DNA from: Candidatus Thorarchaeota archaeon | GTDB lineage: Archaea; Asgardarchaeota; Thorarchaeia; Thorarchaeales; Thorarchaeaceae | DNA length: 64,000 nt | Assembly: GCA_019894665.1 (NCBI GenBank) | Contig: JAGXOC010000001.1 | Coordinates: 18,013 to 82,012 of the forward strand | Reading direction: 5' to 3' | Shown here: positions 38,802 through 48,092 of the stretch, one piece after another | How positions within the stretch are numbered: position 1 is the stretch's first letter | How the letters are laid out: every line of letters begins with the position of its first letter | The notes under the pieces: generated by a model | Database searches by the model: none | What the model saw: the letters and a program-made list of their open reading frames with translations, nothing else | Told to the model about the DNA's origin: nothing | Position numbers and translations under genes: made by a program

Positions 38802-39923
38802 ATGGTTAACAAGATTGCCGTCATTGGCTCTGGACTTATGGGTTCAGGAATTGCATACGTGTCCGCGTGGAATGGTATCACTGTCACCATGGTTGATATC
38901 AAACAAGAGTTCATCGACAAGGGTATGGAACGACTCCGAACTGATGTTATGACTGGTATCGACAAAGGGAAGATTACCATGACTCAGGCTGAAGGTCTTA
39001 TGAGTAGGCTCAGCGCAACAATTGATATTGAAGAGGCTGTCAAAGACGCAGACCTTGTCATTGAAGCCATCTTCGAGAATATGGAGGTCAAGAAAGAAGT
39101 TTTTGCCAAGATAGATGCCGCGGCGCCTGCACACGCAATACTGGCTACAAACACATCGTCGCTAAGTATTGATGAGCTAGCAACAGCCACGAAGAGGCCG
39201 GACAAATTCATAGGTATGCACTACTTCTCACCGGTCCCAGCTATGAAGCTATTAGAGCTCGTAATTGGGGACAAGACCAGTGCAGAGACCATTGCTACTG
39301 CTGAAGCTGTGGGCAAGACCCAGGGAAAAACAACAGTCATAGCAAAGAACAGTCCTGGATTCATAGTAAATCGCCTTCTCATGCCAGTTATGCGCGAGGC
39401 AATACTAATGCTGGAGCGTGGAGAGGCAACGAAGGAGGAGATTGACAATGCTATGCTGCAAGTCGGAAAAGCTCCCGCCGGTCCCTTCACATTGGGTGAC
39501 TTTGTGGGTCTCGATATTGCTTACAATGCTATGTCAACCCTATACAGAGAGATTGGTGACTGTTTCAAACCACCTGATACTCTAAAGAACCTCGTTGAAT
39601 CTGGTGCTATCGGTATGAAATCCAAAAAGGGCTTCTACTCGTATGGTGCGGATATTGTAGAACCTGAGGCACCAAAGGGTGCAGATCCGAACTGGATTGT
39701 AGAGCGATTGAATATGCCAGCTGTTCGTGAAGCTATGATTTTGGTGGATGACGATATCGCCAACAAGGAAGACATTGATATGGCCATGAAGCTAGGAGCA
39801 AGCTGGCCCATGGGTCCTTTTGAGATGGCGGATAAATTTGGACTTGACAAGATCAAAGAGTTTCTGACGAAGCTCGAGAGCGAATCAGGTGCTTGTTACT
39901 CGGTTCCGAAATATCTGGAATAA
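38802..39923 (+). CDS. 3-hydroxyacyl-CoA dehydrogenase, copy 1
   Basis: Rossmann fold (IAVIGSGLMGSGIA). NTSSLSI. Duplicated C-terminal 3HCDH_C region. Confidence 0.8.
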   Translation: MVNKIAVIGSGLMGSGIAYVSAWNGITVTMVDIKQEFIDKGMERLRTDVMTGIDKGKITMTQAEGLMSRLSATIDIEEAVKDADLVIEAIFENMEVKKEVFAKIDAAAPAHAILATNTSSLSIDELATATKRPDKFIGMHYFSPVPAMKLLELVIGDKTSAETIATAEAVGKTQGKTTVIAKNSPGFIVNRLLMPVMREAILMLERGEATKEEIDNAMLQVGKAPAGPFTLGDFVGLDIAYNAMSTLYREIGDCFKPPDTLKNLVESGAIGMKSKKGFYSYGADIVEPEAPKGADPNWIVERLNMPAVREAMILVDDDIANKEDIDMAMKLGASWPMGPFEMADKFGLDKIKEFLTKLESESGACYSVPKYLE

Positions 39924-40059
39924 ATCAGATCAAGAAATGGGTGGGGAGTTTCCCTACCCTATCTCTTCTTTTTTTCGATAACAATGCTCATTCGCGAGAA
40001 TGAACGATGTTTATAAGTCAGTCACTCTCTCCGAGAAGATATAGACTCCAAATAGGTGG

Positions 40060-40878
40060 TTGAATATGCCAGAGTATGAAACAATACTTTATTCAAAAGA
40101 GGGCTCGTTCCTTTCCCCTGAAAAGAACGTGGCCGTAATTAAGATGAATCGCATTGATGCAATGAATGCTTTTAATGCTAAAATCCTCGAAGAGCTTGTG
40201 GCAGCATTACAAGAGGCTGAGAATGATCCAGAGGTTAGATCAATTGTAATCGCGTCAACACATGGCAAGGTGTTTGGTGTTGGTGCAGACCTAAAGGATG
40301 CGCAGGCTCTACTAGGCAAACCCGATGAGGTCAGACCTCTCTTGGAACAGGGGATAGAAGCAATCGATACTGTTGCAAAACTTAGCAAACCGGTAATAGC
40401 AGCCATAAATGGACTCTGTCTTGGCGGTGGAACCGAACTTGCTCTCGCCTGTGATATCCGAATCTGCGATACTGAAGCTAAAATTGGAACCCCTGAGGTG
40501 AGTTTAGGTTTAATTCCATCATGGGGTGGATGCGTTAGACTTCCTAGAATTGTAGGACTTGGGAAAGCAATGGAGATAATTCTAACTGGTGGTCAGGTCA
40601 CAGCTCAAGAGGCTCTTGATATGGGTCTTGTAAGTAAAGTTGTAACCAAGGATGAGTTGCTAAGCCAAGCTATGTGGTATGGTGCAAAACTGGGCGGCAA
40701 TGCACCTGTCGCTTTGAAGCTAGCAAAACAAGCCACGCATATGGCTTTCGAAGAAGACTACAAGGACAACTTTGAATTTCTAATTGATGCAGGTGTTGAA
40801 TGTTTCAAGACTAAGGATCTTGGTGAGGGAATCGCCTCAGTCTTTGAGAAGCGACGTGGCAAGTTCACTGGAGAATAG
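40060..40878 (+). CDS. enoyl-CoA hydratase/crotonase family protein, divergent copy
   Basis: Oxyanion-hole motifs (FGVGADLKD; INGLCLGGGTELALACDIRI). Confidence 0.8.
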   Translation: MNMPEYETILYSKEGSFLSPEKNVAVIKMNRIDAMNAFNAKILEELVAALQEAENDPEVRSIVIASTHGKVFGVGADLKDAQALLGKPDEVRPLLEQGIEAIDTVAKLSKPVIAAINGLCLGGGTELALACDIRICDTEAKIGTPEVSLGLIPSWGGCVRLPRIVGLGKAMEIILTGGQVTAQEALDMGLVSKVVTKDELLSQAMWYGAKLGGNAPVALKLAKQATHMAFEEDYKDNFEFLIDAGVECFKTKDLGEGIASVFEKRRGKFTGE

Positions 40879-41039
40879 TAACTTTATAGTCGACCCCGGG
40901 TCTCCGGGGTCATTCTTCTCTTTTTGATGGTTAATCGTCAACCTTAAGACCCCGTACTCGATGGACGATAACATACTGTGTGACATATGAGCCCTGCACT
41001 GATATGAAATGGGCAGGCTCTACCCACGGAGGAAATGAA

Positions 41040-42206
41040 ATGGCAAGAAGAGTTGCTGTTGTCGCTGGCGGCCACAGCAAGTTTGGTAAAAGATTCGATG
41101 CCACTGTGAGAGAACTATCTGCAGAAGCCTTCAAACCGATTGTCGATGAAGGTATCACACAAGACAAGATAGACGCGAGTATTCTTTCATATGCAGCATC
41201 GCAATTCTCAGGTCAGGGAGCGGGTTCCGCTTTAATCGCTGACTACATTGGACTTCAGAACAGACCCCATATGCGAGTCGAGTCTGCTTGTACCACAGGA
41301 ACTGCCAGCCTCAGGGCTGCGTGGGGAATGGTTGCAGCAGGACTCTATGATGTAATGTTGGTTCTTGGTGTCGAACAAATGAATCGTGTATCCTCGGCTA
41401 TGGCGACAGAATATATGTCGCAGGCTGGCGATATGCGTTGGGAGTATCCTTTTGGTATAAGCTTCCCTGCATTCTATGCTCTAATGGCTTCACGCTACAT
41501 GAGTGAGTATGGTATGACCCATGACACTCTTGCAAAAATAGCCGTGAAATCCCATCACTATGGTGCACAGAATCCCAAGGCACATCTACCCAAAGAAATT
41601 ACGTTCGAAGAGGCTAATAATGCGGTTGCGATTTGTAGCCCACTTAATCTCTACGACTGTAGCTTGATCACTGACGGTGCTGCTGCTGTTGTTATCGCTT
41701 CAGAGGATAGGGTCAAAGAATTCACTGACAGACCTATGTGGATCAAGGGTATTGGAGCTGGTGCCTCTGAGATGATGATTCAGGATAGAGCTAGTCTCAC
41801 CTCAATCCCAGGTGCTAAGTATGCTGCTAATGCTGCTTACAAGATGGCTGGAGTAGAACCCAAGGATATTAAGATGGCACAGGTGCATGATTGTTTCACT
41901 ATTGCTGAACTTATTGCATACGAGGATTTGGGCTTTGCAGAACCTGGTAAGGGTCCTGAGCTCGTCGAGAATAAAGAGAACTATCACGACGGTCGTATCC
42001 CGGTCAATTGTGATGGTGGTCTCAAGAGTAAAGGTCATCCTTTGGGCGCAACTGGCGTATCAATGACCTATGAAGTCATGAAACAGATGAGAGGCGAAGC
42101 TGAGAACAGTTCTCGTCAAATCGATGATGTAGACCTTGGTCTAGTTCATAACGTTGGACAGTCCGGACAATTCGTCAACGTGTTCATCTTTGAGAGGGGT
42201 TGGTAA
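41040..42206 (+). CDS. thiolase-like acetyl-CoA C-acyltransferase (archaeal SCP-x type)
   Basis: Start moved to MARRVAVVAGGHSKFGK. Catalytic Cys region (VESACTTGTASL). C-terminal motifs (NCDGGLKSKGHPLGATG; NVGQSG). Confidence 0.75.
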   Translation: MARRVAVVAGGHSKFGKRFDATVRELSAEAFKPIVDEGITQDKIDASILSYAASQFSGQGAGSALIADYIGLQNRPHMRVESACTTGTASLRAAWGMVAAGLYDVMLVLGVEQMNRVSSAMATEYMSQAGDMRWEYPFGISFPAFYALMASRYMSEYGMTHDTLAKIAVKSHHYGAQNPKAHLPKEITFEEANNAVAICSPLNLYDCSLITDGAAAVVIASEDRVKEFTDRPMWIKGIGAGASEMMIQDRASLTSIPGAKYAANAAYKMAGVEPKDIKMAQVHDCFTIAELIAYEDLGFAEPGKGPELVENKENYHDGRIPVNCDGGLKSKGHPLGATGVSMTYEVMKQMRGEAENSSRQIDDVDLGLVHNVGQSGQFVNVFIFERGW

Positions 42207-42209
42207 GAG

Positions 42210-42623
42210 ATGTCGGAGCACAAAGAGCTCTACCTCGGTTACTCGACTGACAAAGCAGTTACACCCTTCTTTCAAGATTTTCTTGAAGCGCTTGAGCAAG
42301 AGAAGCTCATGAAGAGCAAATGTACATCTTGTGGAGCCGAATACTTACCCCCTAGACAACATTGTCAGAAATGCCTGAGTGAATGCACTCTGACAGAGAT
42401 GACCGAGAAGGAAGCGAAGTTATACTCATACGTCGTTGTTGAATTCGCTCCTATGAGTCTATCATCAAAACAACCCTATGTGGTAGCTATTGGTGAATTT
42501 CCATCAGGTCTTCGACTAACTGCGCATATCACCAATCTGATGGCTATGCCAGAGGTTGGGATGCCCCTCAGGCTTGGTTTTGAAGCAAAAGAAAAAATGG
42601 TCACTTACAAGTGGCTTGTATAG
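42210..42623 (+). CDS. DUF35 zinc-ribbon / OB-fold protein (thiolase partner)
   Basis: CTSCGAEYLPPRQHCQKC rubredoxin-like ribbon followed by an OB-fold-like region. Translationally coupled to the thiolase gene. Confidence 0.65.
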   Translation: MSEHKELYLGYSTDKAVTPFFQDFLEALEQEKLMKSKCTSCGAEYLPPRQHCQKCLSECTLTEMTEKEAKLYSYVVVEFAPMSLSSKQPYVVAIGEFPSGLRLTAHITNLMAMPEVGMPLRLGFEAKEKMVTYKWLV

Positions 42624-42667
42624 TCAAAGGTTGAGCCTTCGGGCTCTCCTTTCTCTTTATTTTTCGA

Positions 42668-42868
42668 TTATTCTTTGCGGATAGTATCCAGGAAAGAAAT
42701 GCACCCATTAGGACATTCTTCGATACAATTCCCACAGTCCTTACAATATTGGATATGTGCCACTTGCGGTTTCTCATCTATCTTCTCATACACCCCATAA
42801 AGGCAGGTCTTAACACAGGTCCCGCATCCATCGCAGCAGTTCTCATTCAGTATTGTTGGGATAATCGT
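42668..42868 (-). CDS. small 2x[4Fe-4S] ferredoxin-like ORF with no canonical start codon. Absent from the ORF track
   Basis: Minus-strand frame (coordinates approximate) encodes ...CDGCGTCVKTC... and ...CKDCGNCIEECP..., two CxxCxxCxxxC(P) motifs. The ORF is open from an upstream TGA to a TAA but has no ATG/GTG/TTG before the first cluster. A GGTGA RBS-like motif precedes ATT/ATC codons. Confidence 0.3.
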   Translation of the reverse strand, partial: TIIPTILNENCCDGCGTCVKTCLYGVYEKIDEKPQVAHIQYCKDCGNCIEECPNGCISFLDTIRKE

Positions 42869-42939
42869 TCACCTGTTTGAATTGGAATTAACAAACGGTG
42901 TAGTAATATGAATGATAGTTTAGCGACATAGATTGACTG

Positions 42940-43335
42940 TCACGAACCGTATGTGTGATCGTATTCTGAAAGCGTTTCCAATACTGATGCCCAACGTGTT
43001 TGCATCATAACTGTCTTCAGGGTCTCTAGATAGATGAGCGATGCTTCCTTTGAATCACAACAATTAAGCTTCTCAAGGGCTGTATCAATCAAACTTTTGA
43101 TGTCATTCATTCTGCGTTTTCCAGCATTCCGTCTATAGCTCGAAAAAATAACGTAATCCTTCTTGACATCCTTGAGTCCTTGAATGAGTCGTGCTTCTTC
43201 GTGAACAACTGTCTTGAATTCATAGGTGCTCTCAAGAGATGCCTTCATTGCACTAAGACTCTCTCTCCATACATCTCTCTTTTCTAAGCTAACCATCACT
43301 GCAATCTCCGGGGGATACTTGTTATTTGGATACAA
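42940..43335 (-). CDS. hypothetical protein
   Basis: 131-codon ORF between the two beta-oxidation-like modules. No recognisable motif. Confidence 0.35.
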   Translation of the reverse strand: MYPNNKYPPEIAVMVSLEKRDVWRESLSAMKASLESTYEFKTVVHEEARLIQGLKDVKKDYVIFSSYRRNAGKRRMNDIKSLIDTALEKLNCCDSKEASLIYLETLKTVMMQTRWASVLETLSEYDHTYGS

Positions 43336-43431
43336 ACGAGTAATTAAACATTAAGTGATTCCAGGGTCATACGCGCGAAGGCTTATTACTCGCCTATGAA
43401 CTAGAGCGATTACTAACCAGGAGGAAGAGCT

Positions 43432-44217
43432 GTGTCTGAACAGGAAGTTCTCTACGAAGTGGCTGATGGAATTGCTACCATCACTATTAATCGACCTACA
43501 AAATACAATGCTTTGAACAACACGGTAAGATCAGCTCTAACTGATTTCTTCAAGAAGGCTGAGAAGGATGATGCTGTAAGGGTTGTTATCTTGACCGGTG
43601 CTGGGGAGAAAGCATTTGCTGCAGGAGCTGATATCACAGGGTTCCCAGGTATAGACTCGAAAAAGGTACGGCCAGCTGCTCTGCAAGGACAAGAACTCAG
43701 TGTGTATATAGAGTCGATGAGTAAACCAGTGATTGCCGCTGTAAACGGTTTTGCACTGGGAGGGGGCTGCGAGCTTGCCATGGCGTGTGACATCCGGTAT
43801 GCATCAGCAAATGCAAGATTTGGCCAACCTGAGATACTTCTGGGTATCATTCCAGGGTACGGTGGTACAGTTAGACTTCCACGACTTGTCGGTCTCGGAA
43901 TGGCTAAAGAGCTTGTATACACAGGAGATCAGATCAAAGCGGATGAAGCATTACGGATTGGTCTAGTAAACAAAGTGTTTGATTCTATTGAAGCCCTCCA
44001 TGAAGGTACGAAAGAACTAGCAACCAAGTTGGTTGGAAAACCTGGTGTGGCACTCAAACTAGCAAAACAATCACTGAATAATGCTTGGCAACAAACTCTT
44101 ACTGATAATCTTGCATTTGAGCTTGACTCGTTTTGTCAGACATTCGATACTGAGGATAAAGAAGAAGGTGTCGCAGCTTTCCTTGAAAAGCGCAAAGCAG
44201 AATTCAAACACAAATAA
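43432..44217 (+). CDS. enoyl-CoA hydratase/crotonase, copy 2
   Basis: INGFALGGGCELAMACDIRYAS. The C-terminus (AFCQTFDTEDKEEGVAAFLEKRKAEFKHK) is nearly identical to that of the 46275-47060 gene. Confidence 0.8.
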   Translation: MSEQEVLYEVADGIATITINRPTKYNALNNTVRSALTDFFKKAEKDDAVRVVILTGAGEKAFAAGADITGFPGIDSKKVRPAALQGQELSVYIESMSKPVIAAVNGFALGGGCELAMACDIRYASANARFGQPEILLGIIPGYGGTVRLPRLVGLGMAKELVYTGDQIKADEALRIGLVNKVFDSIEALHEGTKELATKLVGKPGVALKLAKQSLNNAWQQTLTDNLAFELDSFCQTFDTEDKEEGVAAFLEKRKAEFKHK

Positions 44218-44357
44218 CAGATCAAGACATTTCCAAATGAATGCGTTTGTATAAATAGTGCCTTTACATGGTGGAATAAAGATTGCAGGTGGATAGGTAT
44301 ACGTTACATGATAGAGGAAATACCCTCCTTTTCCCGTAACTTGCCCGAGGTGAGGTA

Positions 44358-45122
44358 ATGACAACGAAAGCAAAAGGAAAATCGGATAGTAGTAGTGAGA
44401 AGCTAGAAGACACAAAGATTGCTTCAGGGCTCGAAGCAATGAAGCATGTTAGGTCTCGACGCTCAATCCGAGAGTTCACTGGCGGGAAGATTCCTGATGA
44501 TCACATCGAGCTGATATTAGAAGCAGCACGACATGCTCCAAGTCCTGAGAACATGTTAATGATCAGGCTAATTGTGATACGAGATGACCAGGCAACAAAG
44601 GAATTCTTAGCAGACATAGCACATGAAAATGCACGGACAGTATTTGGTAACTCTCCTTTTGAGCTCACAAGCGGAAGAAATTGGTATATCGGAGATGAAT
44701 TTCGAGCCGCTGTGTTCTCTCGACTTCGGGAGGGGACGCTTTTCAGGTATCCCGAGAAGAGCGATACCGTCATAGTTGTGTGTGCAAGTCATGCGTGGCA
44801 CGATGCAACCAAATTGTACCCCAATGAACTCTTCGGATCTGTTGTTGCAGGTATGGCTATACAAAACATGTGGATGGTCGCAACTGCAATGGGGTATGGT
44901 TGCGGCTACGAGGCTTTGGTTTGCTCAGACTCACGACACACTCAGTTAATTCGTGATAGAATTGGAATCCCACCGATTTGGGCACCTTTGACAGCATTTT
45001 GTATTGGTGTTCCTGTTTCTACAAGACATCTGGGACCCAGTCGACCACCACTAGAAGGACTACTGTATGATGAACGATGGGGTAAACCATACAGAAGGAT
45101 TGCATTCAGAAAAAAGGAGTGA
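44358..45122 (+). CDS. nitroreductase-family flavoprotein, copy 2
   Basis: SRRSIREFTGGKIPDDHIELILEAARHAPSPENMLMIRLIVIRDD. About 65% identical to copy 1 over the full length. Confidence 0.65.
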   Translation: MTTKAKGKSDSSSEKLEDTKIASGLEAMKHVRSRRSIREFTGGKIPDDHIELILEAARHAPSPENMLMIRLIVIRDDQATKEFLADIAHENARTVFGNSPFELTSGRNWYIGDEFRAAVFSRLREGTLFRYPEKSDTVIVVCASHAWHDATKLYPNELFGSVVAGMAIQNMWMVATAMGYGCGYEALVCSDSRHTQLIRDRIGIPPIWAPLTAFCIGVPVSTRHLGPSRPPLEGLLYDERWGKPYRRIAFRKKE

Positions 45123-46255
45123 AGGAAATGAAGGTCAAAAAGATAGCAGTTATTGGTGCCGGTCTCATGGGAGCAGGAATCACATATGTGTCTAGAGCAT
45201 CTGGATATGAAGTGATAATGACTGATTTGGATGACGACGCGCTACAACGTGGTCTGTCAAGGTTCAATGGTTATGTGGAATCAGGAGTCAAACGAGGGAA
45301 GTTATCACCCAAAGATGGCGAGAAGTTAATCAGTCAGCTAACTACTACAACAGATCTGAGCGAAGCAGTCAGTGATGTGGATCTGGTCATAGAGGCTGTA
45401 TTCGAAAACATGGACGTCAAGAAGAAACTATTCAAAGAAATGGACAGTGCTGCCAAACCTCACACAATCCTCGCTTCCAACACATCCTCCCTTAGCATAA
45501 CCGAGCTTGGAAAGGTGACAAACCGACCTGACAAGGTAGTTGGGATGCACTACTTTTCTCCTGTTCCTGCAATGAAGCTTCTTGAGGTCATCATAGGAAG
45601 AGAGACGAATGATGATACTGTTCAGACTGCCTTAGAAGTTGGTGAGAAACAGAGGAAAATTACTGTGAAGGCAATAGATAGTCCAGGATTCATTGTCAAC
45701 AGACTCCGTAGCCAGATTTCGAGAGCAGTATTACAGATCTATGAACAAGGCTTGGCAAGTGCTGAAGAGATTGACACAGCCATGAAAGAGAAGTTCGGTA
45801 CACCAATGGGATCATTGGAACTGACTGACTTTGTTGGCCTGGATGTATCATTTGGTACCGGGAGTACTCTCGAGAGAGAATTGGGAGATTGTTACAAAGT
45901 TCCTGAAATACTCAAGAAGTATGTAGAGGAAGGAAGAATTGGAAGGAAGGCTGGCAAGGGTTTCTATGCTTATGAAGATGGCCAGAAACGGTCGCTTGAA
46001 GAACCAAAGGGTGCAGATCCAGATGTGCTGGTCAACAGAATCATCATGCCATATCTGAGAGAGGCTATGATTGAACTCGAGACCGGGATTGCATCAAAGG
46101 AGGATATTGACAAGGCTATGAAACTGGGTTCTAACTATAAGGAAGGACCCTTTGAAACCATTGAACGGCTTGGTCTTGATACGGTTCGAGAGGAGTTGAA
46201 GAAACTTCAGGAAGAATTTGGAGATTGCTATAACCTTCCCAAAATGCTTCAGTGA
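45119..46255 (+). CDS. 3-hydroxyacyl-CoA dehydrogenase, copy 2
   Basis: IAVIGAGLMGAGIT; NTSSLSI. Same two C-terminal-domain architecture as copy 1. Overlaps the upstream stop codon by 4 nt. Confidence 0.8.
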   Translation: MKEMKVKKIAVIGAGLMGAGITYVSRASGYEVIMTDLDDDALQRGLSRFNGYVESGVKRGKLSPKDGEKLISQLTTTTDLSEAVSDVDLVIEAVFENMDVKKKLFKEMDSAAKPHTILASNTSSLSITELGKVTNRPDKVVGMHYFSPVPAMKLLEVIIGRETNDDTVQTALEVGEKQRKITVKAIDSPGFIVNRLRSQISRAVLQIYEQGLASAEEIDTAMKEKFGTPMGSLELTDFVGLDVSFGTGSTLERELGDCYKVPEILKKYVEEGRIGRKAGKGFYAYEDGQKRSLEEPKGADPDVLVNRIIMPYLREAMIELETGIASKEDIDKAMKLGSNYKEGPFETIERLGLDTVREELKKLQEEFGDCYNLPKMLQ

Positions 46256-46274
46256 CAGTGGGTGTGAGAAAACT

Positions 46275-47060
46275 ATGACTGAAGATCTGGTTCTCTATGA
46301 TGTAGAAGACGAGATAGCCATAATCACAATTAACCGACTAGAGAGATACAACGCTCTCAATATTGGTGTGAAGAATAAACTACTAGAGCTGTTGAAACAT
46401 GCTGATGAAGATCCATCTGTCAGAGTAGTTATTCTCACCGGATTAGGAGAGAAAGCATTTATTTCTGGAGCAGATGTAACTGATTTTGTTGGTCGGAACT
46501 CTAAGACCATCCGGGAAGTTGTGGACCCTAGTAGAGAGATAGCTCAGTATATGACCTCAATGAAGAAGCCAATTATTTGTGCTGTAAATGGATATGCGCT
46601 TGGTGGAGGCTGTGAGCTAGCACTTGCATGCGATATCCGCTATGCATCCATTAATGCAAAATTAGGTCTTCCAGAAATCAATCTTGGAACCATACCAGGT
46701 AATGGTGGAACTGTCAGAATGTCTAGGCTTGTTGGCCTTGGAATTGCGAAAGAACTAATTTTCACTGGTGATTTGATAACTGCTGAGGAAGCTTTGAGAA
46801 TTGGTCTTGTGAACAAAGTCTTCAACTCTGTAGATGAACTCAGAGCAGGTGTAGTAGAACTCGCAAAGAAATTAGCACAAAGACCAGGAGTAGCTCTTAA
46901 TCTAGCAAAACAGTCTATACAGAATGCTTGGCAATTCCCTCTCGACGAACATCTCGCCTTCGAGCTTGATGCGTTTTGTCAGACCTTTGACACTGAGGAT
47001 AAGGAGGAAGGTGTAGCAGCTTTCCTTGAGAAGCGTAAACCTGAATTCAAACACAAGTAG
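46275..47060 (+). CDS. enoyl-CoA hydratase/crotonase, copy 3
   Basis: Start moved to the ATG at 46275 (MTEDLVLYDV). VNGYALGGGCELALACDIRYAS. Close paralog of the 43432-44217 gene. Confidence 0.8.
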   Translation: MTEDLVLYDVEDEIAIITINRLERYNALNIGVKNKLLELLKHADEDPSVRVVILTGLGEKAFISGADVTDFVGRNSKTIREVVDPSREIAQYMTSMKKPIICAVNGYALGGGCELALACDIRYASINAKLGLPEINLGTIPGNGGTVRMSRLVGLGIAKELIFTGDLITAEEALRIGLVNKVFNSVDELRAGVVELAKKLAQRPGVALNLAKQSIQNAWQFPLDEHLAFELDAFCQTFDTEDKEEGVAAFLEKRKPEFKHK

Positions 47061-47082
47061 TGTTGACATTGTAGTAATTAGA

Positions 47083-48018
47083 CTAAGCTCTTTGAAGCTG
47101 AATGTGTCCATCCTCGAGGAGAACAAGGTCATTCTTGGACAGAAATTCAATGTGCTTGTCGAGCATGATTTCTTCGAAAAGAAGGTAGACTGAATAGGGA
47201 ATTCGAGGATATATTATTGGAACTTGAGCAAGTTGCTTCACAGTATCTACTCCTTCACCGATATGATGGAGAATTTCTTCATCGCGTTTGTCGAAGAACG
47301 CTAAGTAGCTCCTAAGCTGCTCATCAAGTCCCTCAGTTACTGGATCTAAAAGATGACTGCTGATTCCCATGGGAGGTTGCAAATCGATTATTCTTTCAAT
47401 AGACTTCCTGAAATCCTCAAGGTCACTAACGATATTTCCATACCACGGTCCGAAATCTGTGAGGTCTATATCAACAAGAAGTATCTTCTCAAGTCCATTG
47501 ATACCAAAACAAGTATGGTCATGAGTGTGACCCGGCGAATGGATAGGGGTGAGTTGTACTTCACCGCAATCTATTGGTCTATCATCCCGGAATGTGCCAT
47601 CTACTATGTAGTCATCTTGCACGTGTGGTAGTCTTGATCTTAGTAAGCTCAGCCATTGCTCTTTTGTTTCTGGACTAACGATCCCTATGGTTTTCATCAT
47701 GGTTTCAAAGCTTTCGACTGCATCCCTAGCCAATGGGTGACATAACACTTCACAGTTGGAGATACGTCGAAAATGTGAGGTGTAACCCTTGTGATCCGCA
47801 TGAAAATGAGTTAACACGATACGGTCGAGGTCTTCTGGTTTATGACCTAGGTCTCTAAGAGTTGAGAATACTTGTTCTGGATGTGAACCTGCGTCTACAA
47901 GAGTGAGTATCTCGTCATCGATTATCAAAGTGTTTGCTTCTGGGAAACGAGCTTCATTTTTCCCTCTAACAAGATGAACATGTGGTTCAATCTCAATGTG
48001 AGCAGGATATTCTGACAT
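47083..48018 (-). CDS. metallo-beta-lactamase-fold hydrolase
   Basis: HxHxDH motif (LTHFHADHKG). Further His (HSPGHTHDH). Confidence 0.65.
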   Translation of the reverse strand: MSEYPAHIEIEPHVHLVRGKNEARFPEANTLIIDDEILTLVDAGSHPEQVFSTLRDLGHKPEDLDRIVLTHFHADHKGYTSHFRRISNCEVLCHPLARDAVESFETMMKTIGIVSPETKEQWLSLLRSRLPHVQDDYIVDGTFRDDRPIDCGEVQLTPIHSPGHTHDHTCFGINGLEKILLVDIDLTDFGPWYGNIVSDLEDFRKSIERIIDLQPPMGISSHLLDPVTEGLDEQLRSYLAFFDKRDEEILHHIGEGVDTVKQLAQVPIIYPRIPYSVYLLFEEIMLDKHIEFLSKNDLVLLEDGHIQLQRA

Positions 48019-48092
48019 TACATTTTGGATGTTCTAGTGACAAATAACTCTCATGGTCGGACAATCTATATGCAGCCCTGTCTCCACACTGA

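Noticed and set aside
37136-47060. Recent segmental or IS-mediated duplication of the beta-oxidation module
   Set aside because: The paralogs are only about 60-70% identical at the protein level, gene order differs between the copies, and no flanking repeats or mobile genes are present. This indicates an ancient paralogous expansion rather than a recent mobile duplication.
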